Below, in pieces: positions 11,891 through 25,482 of a DNA stretch of 64,000 nt (the first letter of the stretch is position 1; every line of letters starts with the position of its first letter). This DNA is from the human T2T-CHM13v2.0 reference genome, Homo sapiens: assembly GCF_009914755.1 (NCBI RefSeq), contig NC_060929.1; one strand, given 5' to 3'. The notes beneath the pieces were generated by a model. The model was not told where the DNA came from, made no database searches, and was given only the letters and a program-made list of their open reading frames with translations. The translations under genes and the position numbers were made by a program.

Positions 11891-14608
11891 GTGCAATTGG
11901 CAAGTGGAGATATCAAGCGCTTTAAGGTCAATGGCAGAAAAGGAAATATCTTCGTTTCAAAACTAGACAGAATCATTCCCACAAACTGCGTTGTGATGTG
12001 TTCGTTCATCTCACAGAGTTTAACCTTTCTTTTCATAGAGCAGTTAGGAAACACTCTGTTTGTAAATTCTGTAAGTGGATATTCTGACATCTTGTGGCCT
12101 TCGTTGGAAACGGGATTTCTTCATATTCTGCTAGACAGAAGAATTCTCAGAATCTTCCTTGTGTTGTGTGTATTCAACTCACACAGTTGAACGATGGTTT
12201 ACACAGAGCAGATTTGAAACACTCTTTTTGTGGAATTTGCAAGTGGAGATTTCAGCCGCTTTGAGGTCAATGGTAGAAAAGGAAATATCTTCGTATAAAA
12301 ACTAGACAGAATGATTCTCAGAAACTTCTTTGTGATGTGTGCGTTCAACTCACAGAGTTTAACCTTTCTTTTCATAGAGCAGTTAGGAAACACTCTGTTT
12401 GTAAACTCTGCAAGTGGATATTCAGACCTCTTTGAGGCCTTCGTTGGAAACGGGATTTCTTCATACTGTGCTAGACAGAAGAATTCTCAGTAACTTCCTT
12501 GTGTTGTGTGTATTCAACTCACAGAGTTGAACGATCCTTTACACAGAGCAGACTTGAAACACTCTTTTTGTGGAATTTGCAAGTGGAGATTTCAGCCGCG
12601 TTGAGGTCAATGGTAGAAAAGGAAATATCTTCGTATAAAAACTAGACAGAATGATTCTCAGAAACTCCTTTGAGATGTGTGTGTTCAACTCACAGAGTTT
12701 AACCTTTCTTTTCATAGAGCAGTTAGGAATCACTCTGTTTGTAAAGTCTGCAAGTGGATATTCAGACCTCTTTGAGGCCTTCGTTGGAAACGGGTTTTTT
12801 TCATATAAGGCTAGACAGAAGAATTCCCAGTAACTTCCTTGTGTTGTGTGTGTTCAACTCACAGAGTTGAACTTTCATTTACACAGAGCAGATTTGAAAC
12901 ACTCTTTTTGTGGAATTTGCAAATGGAGATTTCAAGCGCTTTGAGGCCAAAGGCAGAAAAGGAAATATCTTCGTATAAAAACTAGACAGAATCATTCTCA
13001 GAAACTGCTCTGCGATGTGTGCGTTCAACTCTCAGAGTTTAACTTTGCTTTTCATTCAGCAGTTTGGAAACACTCTGTTTGTAAAGTCTGCACGTGGATA
13101 ATTTGACCACTTAGAGGCCTTCGTTGGAAACGGGTTTTTTTCATGTAAGGCTAGACAGAAGAATTCTCAGTAACTTCCTTGTGTTGTGTGTATTCAACTC
13201 ACACAGTTGAACGATCCTTTACACAGAGCAGACTTGTAACACTCTTTTTGTGGAATTTGCAAGTGGAGATTTCAGCCGCTTTGAAGTCAAAGTAGAAAGG
13301 GAAATATCTTCCTATAAAAACTAGACAGAATGATTCTCAGAAACTCCTTTGTGATGTGTGCGTTCAACTCACAGAGTTTAATCTTTCTTTTCATAGAGCA
13401 GTTAGGAAACACTCTGTTTGTAAAGACTGCAAGTGGATATTCAGACCTCTTTGAGGCCTTCGTTGGAAACGGGTTTTTTTCATATAAGGCTAGACAGAAG
13501 AATTCCCAGTAACTTCCTTGTGTTGTGTGTGTTCAACTCACAGAGTTGAACTTTCATTTACACAGAGCAGATTTGAAACACTCTTTTTGTGGAATTTGCA
13601 GGTGGAGATTTCAAGCGATTTGAGGCCAAAGGCAGAAAAGGAAATATCTTCGTATAAAAACTAGACAGAATCATTCTCAGAAACTGCTCTGCGATGTGTG
13701 CGTTCAACTCTCAGAGTTTAACTTTGCTTTTCATTCAGCAGTTTGGAAACACTCTGTTTGTAAAGTCTGCACGTGGATAATTTGACCACTTAGAGGCCTT
13801 CGTTGGAAACGGGTTTTTTTCATGTAAGGCTAGACAGAAGAATTCTCAGTAACTTCCTTGTGTTGTGTGTATTCAACTCACAGAGTTGAACGATCCTTTA
13901 CACAGAGCAGACTTGTAACACTCTTTTTGTGGAATTTGCAAGTGGAGATTTCAGCCGCTTTGAAGTCAAAGGTAGAAAAGGAAATATCTTCCTATAAAAA
14001 CTAGACAGAATGATTCTCAGAAACTCCTTTGTGATGTGTGCGTTCAACTCACAGAGTTTAACCTTTCTTTTCATAGAGCAGTTAGGAAACACTCTGCTTG
14101 TAAAGTCTGCAAGTGGATATTCAGCTCTCTTTGAGGCCTTCGTTGGAAACGGGTTTTTTTCATATAAGGCTAGACAGAAGAATTCCCAGTAACTTCCTTG
14201 TGTTGTGTGTGTTCAACTCACAGAGTTGAACTTTGATTTACACAGAGCAGATTTGAAACACTCTTTTTGTGGAATTTGCAAGTGGAGATTTCAAGCGCTT
14301 TGAGGCCAAAGGCAGAAAAGGAAATATCTTCGTATAAAAACTAGACAGAATCATTCTCAGAAACTGCTCTGCGATGTGTGCGTTCAACTCTCAGAGTTTA
14401 ACTTTTCTTTTCATTCAGCAGTTTGGAAACACTCTGTTTGTAAAGTCTGCACGTGGATATTTTGACCACTTAGAGGCCTTCGTTGGAAACGGGTTTTTTT
14501 CCTGTAAGGCTAGACAGAAGAATTCCCAGTAACTTCCTTGTGTTGTGTACATTCAACTCACAGAGTTGAACGTTCCCTTAGACAGAGCAGATTTGAAACA
14601 CTCTTTTT
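11891..14608 (+). repeat. 16-mer HOR variant, 2718 bp
   Basis: Marker spacing 11891 to 14609. Confidence 0.92.
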
Positions 14609-17600
14609 GTGCAATTGGCAAGTGGAGATTTCAAGCGCTTTAAGGTCAATGGCAGAAAAGGAAATATCTTCGTTTCAAAACTAGGCAGAATCATTCCCAC
14701 AAACTGCGTTGTGATGTGTTCGTTCATCTCACAGAGTTTAACCTTTCTTTTCATAGAGCAGTTAGGAAACACTCTGTTTGTAAATTCTGTAAGTGGATAT
14801 TCTGACATCTTGTGGCCTTCGTTGGAAACGGGATTTCTTCATATTCTGCTAGACAGAAGAATTCTCAGAATCTTCCTTGTGTTGTGTGTATTCAACTCAC
14901 ACAGTTGAACGATGGTTTACACAGAGCAGATTTGAAACACTCTTTTTGTGGAATTTGCAAGTGGAGATTTCAGCCGCTTTGAGGTCAATGGTAGAAAAGG
15001 AAATATCTTCGTATAAAAACTAGACAGAATGATTCTCAGAAACTTCTTTGTGATGTGTGCGTTCAACTCAGAGAGTTTAACCTTTCTTTTCATAGAGCAG
15101 TTAGGAAACACTCTGTTTGTAAACTCTGCAAGTGGATATTCAGACCTCTTTGAGGCCTTCGTTGGAAACGGGATTTCTTCATACTGTGCTAGACAGAAGA
15201 ATTCTCAGTAACTTCCTTGTGTTGTGTGTATTCAACTCACAGAGTTGAACGATCCTTTACACAGAGCAGACTTGAAACACTCTTTTTGTGGAATTTGCAA
15301 GTGGAGATTTCAGCCGCGTTGAGGACAATGGTAGAAAAGGAAACATCTTCGTATAAAAACTAGACAGAATGATTCTCAGAAACTCCTTTGAGATGTGTGT
15401 GTTCAACTCACAGAGTTTAACCTTTCTTTTCATAGAGCAGTTAGGAATCACTCTGTTTGTAAAGTCTGCAAGTGGATATTCAGACCTCTTTGAGGCCTTC
15501 GTTGGAAACGGGTTTTTTTCATATAAGGCTAGACAGAAGAATTCCCAGTAACTTCCTTGTGTTGTGTGTGTTCAACTCACAGAGTTGAACTTTCATTTAC
15601 ACAGAGCAGATGTGAAACACTCTTTTTGTGGAATTTGCAAGTGGAGATTTCAAGCGCTTTGAGGCCAAAGGCAGAAAAGGAAATATCTTCGTATAAAAAC
15701 TAGACAGAATCATTCTCAGAAACTGCTCTGCGATGTGTGCGTTCAAGTCTCAGAGTTTAACTTTTCTTTTCATTCAGCAGTTTGGAAACACTCTGTTTGT
15801 AAAGTCTGCACGTGGATAATTTCACCACTTAGAGGCCTTCGTTGGAAACGGGTTTTTTTCATGTAAGGCTAGACAGAAGAATTCTCAGTAACTTCCTTGT
15901 GTTGTGTGTATTCAACTCACACAGTTGAACGATCCTTTACACAGAGCAGACTTGTAACACTCTTTTTGTGGAATTTGCAAGTGGAGATTTCAGCCGCTTT
16001 GAAGTCAAATGTAGAAAAGGAAATATCTTCCTATAAAAACTAGACAGAATGATTCTCAGAAACTCCTTTGTGATGTGTGCGTTCAACTCACAGAGTTTAA
16101 CCTTTCTTTTCATAGAGCAGTTAGGAAACACTCTGTTTGTAAAGTCTGCAAGTGGATATTCAGACCTCTTTGAGGCCTTCGTTGGAAACGGGTTTTTTTC
16201 ATATAAGGCTAGACAGAAGAATTCCCAGTAACTTCCTTGTGTTGTGTGTGTTCAACTCACAGAGTTGAACTTTCATTTACACAGAGCAGATTTGAAACAC
16301 TCTTTTTGTGGAATTTGCAAGTGGAGATTTCAAGCGCTTTGAGGCCAAAGGCAGAAAAGGAAATATCTTCGTATAAAAACTAGACAGAATCATTCTCAGA
16401 AACTGCTCTGTGATGTGTGCGTTCAACTCTCAGAGTTTAACTTTTCTTTTCATTCAGCAGTTTGGAAACACTCTGTTTGTAAAGTCTGCACGTGGATAAT
16501 TTGACCACTTAGAGGCCTTCGTTGGAAACGGGTTTTTTTCATGTAAGGCTAGACAGAAGAGTTCTCAGTAACTTCCTTGTGTTGTGTGTATTCAACTCAC
16601 ACAGTTGAACGATCCTTTACACAGAGCAGACTTGTAACACTCTTTTTGTGGAATTTGCAAGTGGAGATTTCAGCCGCTTTGAAGTCAAAGTAGAAAAGGA
16701 AATATCTTCCTATAAAAACTAGACAGAATGATTCTCAGAAACTCCTTTGTGATGTGTGCGTTCAACTCACAGAGTTTAACCTTTCTTTTCATAGAGCAGT
16801 TAGGAAACACTCTGTTTGTAAAGTCTGCAAGTGGATATTCAGACCTCTTTGAGGCCTTCGTTGGAAACGGGTTTTTTTCATATAAGGCTAGACAGAAGAA
16901 TTCCCAGTAACTTCCTTGTGTTGTGTGTGTTCAACTCACAGAGTTGAACTTTCATTTACACAGAGCAGATTTGAAACACTCTTTTTGTGGAATTTGCAGG
17001 TGGAGATTTCAAGCGCTTTGAGGCCAAAGGCAGAAAAGGAAATATCTTCGTATAAAAACTAGACAGAATCATTCTCAGAAACTGCTCTGCGATGTGTGCG
17101 TTCAACTCTCAGAGTTTAACTTTTCTTTTCATTCAGCAGTTTGGAAACACTCTGTTTGTAAAGTCTGCACGTGGATAATTTGACCACTTAGAGGCCTTCG
17201 TTGGAAACGGGTTTTTTTCATGTAAGGCTAGACAGAAGAATTCTCAGTAACTTCCTTGTGTTGTGTGTATTCAACTCACAGAGTTGAACGATCCTTTACA
17301 CAGAGCAGACTTGTAACACTCTTTTTGTGGAATTTGCAAGTGGAGATTTCAGCCGCTTTGAAGTCAAAGGTAGAAAAGGAAATATCTTCCGATAAAAACT
17401 AGACAGAATGATTCTCAGAAACTCCTTTGTGATGTGTGCGTTCAACTCACAGAGTTTAACCTTTCTTTTCATAGAGCAGTTAGGAAACACTCTGCTTGTA
17501 AAGTCTGCAAGTGGATATTCAGCCCTCTTTGAGGCCTTCGTTGGAAACGGGTTTTTTTCATATAAGGCTAGACAGAAGAATTCCCAGTAACTTCCTTGTG

Positions 17601-17875
17601 TTGTGTGTGTTCAACTCACAGAGTTGAACTTTGATTTACACAGAGCAGATTTGAAACACTCTTTTTGTTGAATTTGCAAGTGGAGATTTCAAGCGCTTTG
17701 AGGCCAAAGGCAGAAAAGGAAATATCTTCGTATAAAAACTAGACAGAATCATTCTCAGAAACTGCTCTGCGATGTGTGCGTTCAACTCTCAGAGTTTAAC
17801 TTTTCTTTTCATTCAGCAGTTTGGAAACACTCTGTTTGTAAAGTCTGCACGTGGATATTTTGACCACTTAGAGGC

Positions 17876-17892
17876 CTTCATTGGAAACGGGT
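17876..17892 (+). other. Mutated CENP-B box (CTTCATTGGAAACGGGT)
   Basis: G>A at 17880 in the essential TTCG. Confidence 0.88.
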
Positions 17893-20593
17893 TTTTTTCC
17901 TGTAAGGCTAGACAGAAGAATTCCCAGTAACTTCCTTGTGTTGTGTACATTCAACTCACAGAGTTGAACGTTCCCTTAGACAGAGCAGATTTGAAACACT
18001 CTTTTTGTGCAATTGGCAAGTGGAGATTTCAAGCGCTTTAAGGTCAATGGCAGAAAAGGAAATATCTTCGTTTCAAAACTAGACAGAATCATTCCCACAA
18101 ACTGCGTTGTGATGTGTTCGTTCATCTCACAGAGTTTAACCTTTCTTTTCATAGAGCAGTTAGGAAACACTCTGTTTGTAAATTCTGTAAGTGGATATTC
18201 TGACATCTTGTGGCCTTCGTTGGAAACGGGATTTCTTCATATTCTGCTAGACAGAAGAATTCTCAGAATCTTCCTTGTGTTGTGTGTATTCAACTCACAC
18301 AGTTGAACGATGGTTTACACAGAGCAGATTTGAAACACTCTTTTTGTGGAATTTGCAAGTGGAGATTTCAGCCGCTTTGAGGTCAATGGTAGAAAAGGAA
18401 ATATCTTCGTATAAAAACTAGACAGAATGATTCTCAGAAACTTCTTTGTGATGTGTGCGTTCAACTCAGAGAGTTTAACCTTTCTTTTCATAGAGCAGTT
18501 AGGAAACACTCTGTTTGTAAACTCTGCAAGTGGATATTCAGACCTCTTTGAGGCCTTCGTTGGAAACGGGATTTCTTCATACTGTGCTAGACAGAAGAAT
18601 TCTCAGTAACTTCCTTGTGTTGTGTGTATTCAACTCACAGAGTTGAACGATCCTTTACACAGAGCAGACTTGAAACACTCTTTTTGTGGAATTTGCAAGT
18701 GGAGATTTCAGCCGCGTTGAGGTCAATGGTAGAAAAGGAAATATCTTCGTATAAAAACTAGACAGAATGATTCTCAGAAACTCCTTTGAGATGTGTGTGT
18801 TCAACTCACAGAGTTTAACCTTTCTTTTCATAGAGCAGTTAGGAATCACTCTGTTTGTAAAGTCTGCAAGTGGATATTCAGACCTCTTTGAGGCCTTCGT
18901 TGGAAACGGGTTTTTTTCATATAAGGCTAGACAGAAGAATTCCCAGTAACTTCCTTGTGTTGTGTGTGTTCAACTCACAGAGTTGAACTTTCATTTACAC
19001 AGAGCAGATTTGAAACACTCTTTTTGTGGAATTTGCAAATGGAGATTTCAAGCGCTTTGAGGCCAAAGGCAGAAAAGGAAATATCTTCGTATAAAAACTA
19101 GACAGAATCATTCTCAGAAACTGCTCTGCGATGTGTGCGTTCAACTCTCAGAGTTTAACTTTGCTTTTCATTCAGCAGTTTGGAAACACTCTGTTTGTAA
19201 AGTCTGCACGTGGATAATTTGACCACTTAGAGGCCTTCGTTGGAAACGGGTTTTTTTCATGTAAGACTAGACAGAAGAATTCTCAGTAACTTCCTTGTGT
19301 TGTGTGTATTCAACTCACACAGTTGAACGATCCTTTACACAGAGCAGACTTGTAACACTCTTTTTGTGGAATTTGCAAGTGGAGATTTCAGCCGCTTTGA
19401 AGTCAAAGGTAGAAAAGGAAATATCTTCCTATAAAAACTAGACAGAATGATTCTCAGAAACTCCTTTGTGATGTGTGCGTTCAACTCACAGAGTTTAACC
19501 TTTCTTTTCATAGAGCAGTTAGGAAACACTCTGTTTCTAAAGTCTGCAAGTGGATATTCAGACCTCTTTGAGGCCTTCGTTGGAAACGGGTTTTTTTCAT
19601 ATAAGGCTAGACAGAAGAATTCCCAGTAACTTCCTTGTGTTGTGTGTGTTCAACTCACAGAGTTGAACTTTGATTTACACAGAGCAGATTTGAAACACTC
19701 TTTTTGTGGAATTTGCAAGTGGAGATTTCAAGCGCTTTGAGGCCAAAGGCAGAAAAGGAAATATCTTCGTATAAAAACTAGACAGAATCATTCTCAGAAA
19801 CTGCTCTGTGATGTGTGCGTTCAACTCTCAGAGTTTAACTTTTCTTTTCATTCAGCAGTTTGGAAACACTCTGTTTGTAAAGTCTGCACGTGGATAATTT
19901 GACCACTTAGAGGCCTTCGTTGGAAACGGGTTTTTTTCATGTAAGGCTAGACAGAAGAGTTCTCAGTAACTTCCTTGTGTTGTGTGTATTCAACTCACAC
20001 AGTTGAACGATCCTTTACACAGAGCAGACTTGTAACACTCTTTTTGTGGAATTTGCAAGTGGAGATTTCAGCCGCTTTGAAGTCAAAGTAGAAAAGGAAA
20101 TATCTTCCTATAAAAACTAGACAGAATGATTCTCAGAAACTCCTTTGTGATGTGTGCGTTCAACTCACAGAGTTTAACCTTTCTTTTCATAGAGCAGTTA
20201 GGAAACACTCTGTTTGTAAAGTCTGCAAGTGGATATTCAGACCTCTTTGAGGCCTTCGTTGGAAACGGGTTTTTTTCATATAAGGCTAGACAGAAGAATT
20301 CCCAGTAACTTCCTTGTGTTGTGTGTGTTCAACTCACAGAGTTGAACTTTCATTTACACAGAGCAGATTTGAAACACTCTTTTTGTGGAATTTGCAGGTG
20401 GAGATTTCAAGCGCTTTGAGGCCAAAGGCAGAAAAGGAAATATCTTCGTATAAAAACTAGACAGAATCATTCTCAGAAACTGCTCTGCGATGTGTGCGTT
20501 CAAGTCTCAGAGTTTAACTTTTCTTTTCATTCAGCAGTTTGGAAACACTCTGTTTGTAAAGTCTGCACGTGGATAATTTGACCACTTAGAGGC

Positions 20594-20610
20594 CTTCTTT
20601 GGAAACGGGT
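20594..20610 (+). other. Mutated CENP-B box (CTTCTTTGGAAACGGGT)
   Basis: G>T at 20598 in the essential TTCG. Confidence 0.88.
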
Positions 20611-21404
20611 TTTTTTCATGTAAGGCTAGACAGAAGAATTCTCAGTAACTTCCTTGTGTTGTGTGTATTCAACTCACAGAGTTGAACGATCCTTTACACA
20701 GAGCAGACTTGTAACACTCTTTTTGTGGAATTTGCAAGTGGAGATTTCAGCCGCTTTGAAGTCAAAGGTAGAAAAGGAAATATCTTCCTATAAAAACTAG
20801 ACAGAATGATTCTCAGAAACTCCTTTGTGATGTGTGCGTTCAACTCACAGAGTTTAACCTTTCTTTTCATAGAGCAGTTAGGAAACACTCTGCTTGTAAA
20901 GTCTGCAAGTGGATATTCAGCCCTCTTTGAGGCCTTCGTTGGAAACGGGTTTTTTTCATATAAGGCTAGACAGAAGAATTCCCAGTAACTTCCTTGTGTT
21001 GTGTGTGTTCAACTCACAGAGTTGAACTTTGATTTACACAGAGCAGATTTGAAACACTCTTTTTGTGGAATTTGCAAGTGGAGATTTCAAGCGCTTAGAG
21101 GCCAAAGGCAGAAAAGGAAATATCTTCGTATAAAAACTAGACAGAATCATTCTCAGAAACTGCTCTGCGATGTGTGCGTTCAACTCTCAGAGTTTAACTT
21201 TTCTTTTCATTCAGCAGTTTGGAAACACTCTGTTTGTAAAGTCTGCACGTGGATATTTTGACCACTTAGAGGCCTTCGTTGGAAACGGGTTTTTTTCCTG
21301 TAAGGCTAGACAGAAGAATTCCCAGTAACTTCCTTGTGTTGTGTACATTCAACTCACAGAGTTGAACGTTCCCTTAGACAGAGCAGATTTGAAACACTCT
21401 TTTT

Positions 21405-24400
21405 GTGCAATTGACAAGTGGAGATTTCAAGCGCTTTAAGGTCAATGGCAGAAAAGGAAATATCTTCGTTTCAAAACTAGACAGAATCATTCCCACAAAC
21501 TGCGTTGTGATGTGTTCGTTCATCTCACAGAGTTTAACCTTTCTTTTCATGGAGCAGTTAGGAAACACTCTGTTTGTTAATTCTGTAAGTGGATATTCTG
21601 ACATCTTGTGGCCTTCGTTGGAAACGGGATTTCTTCATATTCTGCTAGACAGAAGAATTCTCAGAATCTTCCTTGTGTTGTGTGTATTCAACTCACACAG
21701 TTGAACGATGGTTTACACAGAGCAGATTTGAAACACTCTTTTTGTGGAATTTGGAAGTGGAGATTTCAGCCGCTTTGAGGTCAATGGTAGAAAAGGAAAT
21801 ATCTTCGTATAAAAACTAGACAGAATGATTCTCAGAAACTTCTTTGTGATGTGTGCGTTCAACTCACAGAGTTTAACCTTTCTTTTCATAGAGCAGTTAG
21901 GAAACACTCTGTTTGTAAACTCTGCAAGTGGATATTCAGACCTCTTTGAGGCCTTCGTTGGAAACGGGATTTCTTCATACTGTGCTAGACAGAAGAATTC
22001 TCAGTAACTTCCTTGTGTTGTGTGTATTCAACTCACAGAGTTGAACGATCCTTTACACAGAGCAGACTTGAAACACTCTTTTTGTGGAATTTGCAAGTGG
22101 AGATTTCAGCCGCGTTGAGGTCAATGGTAGAAAAGGAAATATCTTCGTATAAAAACTAGACAGAATGATTCTCAGAAACTCCTTTGAGATGTGTGTGTTC
22201 AACTCACAGAGTTTAACCTTTCTTTTCATAGAGCAGTTAGGAATCACTCTGTTTGTAAAGTCTGCAAGTGGATATTCAGACCTCTTTGAGGCCTTCGTTG
22301 GAAACGGGTTTTTTTCATATAAGGCTAGACAGAAGAATTCCCAGTAACTTCCTTGTGTTGTGTGTGTTCAACTCACAGAGTTGAACTTTCATTTAGACAG
22401 AGCAGATTTCAAACACTCTTTTTGTGGAATTTGCAAATGGAGATTTCAAGCGCTTTGAGGCCAAAGGCAGAAAAGGAAATATCTTCGTATAAAAACTAGA
22501 CAGAATCATTCTCAGAAACTGCTCTGCGATGTGTGCGTTCAACTCTCAGAGTTTAACTTTGCTTTTCATTCAGCAGTTTGGAAACACTCTGTTTGTAAAG
22601 TCTGCACGTGGATAATTTGACCACTTAGAGGCCTTCGTTGGAAACGGGTTTTTTTCATGTAAGGCTAGACAGAAGAATTCTCAGTAACTTCCTTGTGTTG
22701 TGTGTATTCAACTCACAGAGTTGAACGATCCTTTACACAGAGCAGACTTGTAACACTCTTTTTGTGGAATTTGCAAGTGGAGATTTCAGCCGCTTTGAAG
22801 TCAAAGGTAGAAAAGGAAATATCTTCCTATAAAAACTAGACAGAATGATTCTCAGAAACTCCTTTGTGATGTGTGCGTTCAACTCACAGAGTTTAACCTT
22901 TCTTTTCATAGAGCAGTTAGGAAACACTCTGCTTGTAAAGTCTGCAAGTGGATATTCAGCCCTCTTTGAGGCCTTCGTTGGAAACGGGTTTTTTTCATAT
23001 AAGGCTAGACAGAAGAATTCCCAGTAACTTCCTTGTGTTGTGTGTGTTCAACTCACAGAGTTGAACTTTGATTTACACAGAGCAGATTTGAAACACTCTT
23101 TTTGTGGAATTTGCAAGTGGAGATTTCAAGCGCTTTGAGGCCAAAGGCAGAAAAGGAAATATCTTCGTATAAAAACTAGACAGAATCATTCTCAGAAACT
23201 GCTCTGCGATGTGTGCGTTCAACTCTCAGAGTTTAACTTTTCTTTTCATTCAGCAGTTTGGAAACACTCTGTTTGTAAAGTCTGCACGTGGATATTTTGA
23301 CCACTTAGAGGCCTTCGTTGGAAACGGGTTTTTTTCCTGTAAGGCTAGACAGAAGAATTCCCAGTAACTTCCTTGTGTTGTGTACATTCAACTCACAGAG
23401 TTGAACGTTCCCTTAGACAGAGCAGATTTGAAACACTCTTTTTGTGCAATTGACAAGTGGAGATTTCAAGCGCTTTAAGGTCAATGGCAGAAAAGGAAAT
23501 ATCTTCGTTTCAAAACTAGACAGAATCATTCCCACAAACTGCGTTGTGATGTGTTCGTTCATCTCACAGAGTTTAACCTTTCTTTTCATAGAGCAGTTAG
23601 GAAACACTCTGTTTGTTAATTCTGTAAGTGGATATTCTGACATCTTGTGGCCTTCGTTGGAAACGGGATTTCTTCATATTCTGCTAGACAGAAGAATTCT
23701 CAGAATCTTCCTTGTGTTGTGTGTATTCAACTCACACAGTTGAACGATGGTTTACACAGAGCAGATTTGAAACACTCTTTTTGTGGAATTTGGAAGTGGA
23801 GATTTCAGCCGCTTTGAGGTCAATGGTAGAAAAGGAAATATCTTCGTATAAAAACTAGACAGAATGATTCTCAGAAACTTCTTTGTGATGTGTGCGTTCA
23901 ACTCACAGAGTTTAACCTTTCTTTTCATAGAGCAGTTAGGAAACACTCTGTTTGTAAACTCTGCAAGTGGATATTCAGACCTCTTTGAGGCCTTCGTTGG
24001 AAACGGGATTTCTTCATACTGTGCTAGACAGAAGAATTCTCAGTAACTTCCTTGTGTTGTGTGTATTCAACTCACAGAGTTGAACGATCCTTTACACAGA
24101 GCAGACTTGAAACACTCTTTTTGTGGAATTTGCAAGTGGAGATTTCAGCCGCGTTGAGGTCAATGGTAGAAAAGGAAATATCTTCGTATAAAAACTAGAC
24201 AGAATGATTCTCAGAAACTCCTTTGAGATGTGTGTGTTCAACTCACAGAGTTTAACCTTTCTTTTCATAGAGCAGTTAGGAATCACTCTGTTTGTAAAGT
24301 CTGCAAGTGGATATTCAGACCTCTTTGAGGCCTTCGTTGGAAACGGGTTTTTTTCATATAAGGCTAGACAGAAGAATTCCCAGTAACTTCCTTGTGTTGT

Positions 24401-25482
24401 GTGTGTTCAACTCACAGAGTTGAACTTTCATTTACACAGAGCAGATTTGAAACACTCTTTTTGTGGAATTTGCAAATGGAGATTTCAAGCGCTTTGAGGC
24501 CAAAGGCAGAAAAGGAAATATCTTCGTATAAAAACTAGACAGAATCATTCTCAGAAACTGCTCTGCGATGTGTGCGTTCAACTCTCAGAGTTTAACTTTG
24601 CTTTTCATTCAGCAGTTTGGAAACACTCTGTTTGTAAAGTCTGCACGTGGATAATTTGACCACTTAGAGGCCTTCGTTGGAAACGGGTTTTTTTCATGTA
24701 AGGCTAGACAGAAGAATTCTCAGTAACTTCCTTGTGTTGTGTGTATTCAACTCACAGAGTTGAACGATCCTTTACACAGAGCAGACTTGTAACACTCTTT
24801 TTGTGGAATTTGCAAGTGGAGATTTCAGCCGCTTTGAAGTCAAAGGTAGAAAAGGAAATATCTTCCTATAAAAACTAGACAGAATGATTCTCAGAAACTC
24901 CTTTGTGATGTGTGCGTTCAACTCACAGAGTTTAACCTTTCTTTTCATAGAGCAGTTAGGAAACACTCTGCTTGTAAAGTCTGCAAGTGGATATTCAGCC
25001 CTCTTTGAGGCCTTCGTTGGAAACGGGTTTTTTTCATATAAGGCTAGACAGAAGAATTCCCAGTAACTTCCTTGTGTTGTGTGTGTTCAACTCACAGAGT
25101 TGAACTTTGATTTACACAGAGCAGATTTGAAACACTCTTTTTGTGGAATTTGCAAGTGGAGATTTCAAGCGCTTTGAGGCCAAAGGCAGAAAAGGAAATA
25201 TCTTCGTATAAAAACTAGACAGAATCATTCTCAGAAACTGCTCTGCGATGTGTGCGTTCAACTCTCAGAGTTTAACTTTTCTTTTCATTCAGCAGTTTGG
25301 AAACACTCTGTTTGTAAAGTCTGCACGTGGATATTTTGACCACTTAGAGGCCTTCGTTGGAAACGGGTTTTTTTCCTGTAAGGCTAGACAGAAGAATTCC
25401 CAGTAACTTCCTTGTGTTGTGTACATTCAACTCACAGAGTTGAACGTTCCCTTAGACAGAGCAGATTTGAAACACTCTTTTT
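21405..25482 (+). repeat. Two tandem 12-mer HOR variants (21405-23443, 23444-25482)
   Basis: 2039-bp spacings; shared private SNPs. Confidence 0.92.

Larger units (their letters stand above)
14609..21404 (+). repeat. Two 20-mer HOR units (14609-18006, 18007-21404)
   Basis: 3398-bp spacings; both carry the B-dimer variant CTCAGAGAG (~15071, ~18469). Confidence 0.92.

Noticed and set aside
21001-21261. Unique 86-aa ORF
   Set aside because: It arises from a single T>A (TGA>AGA, ~21097) that removes a stop in one D dimer; nothing supports coding function.
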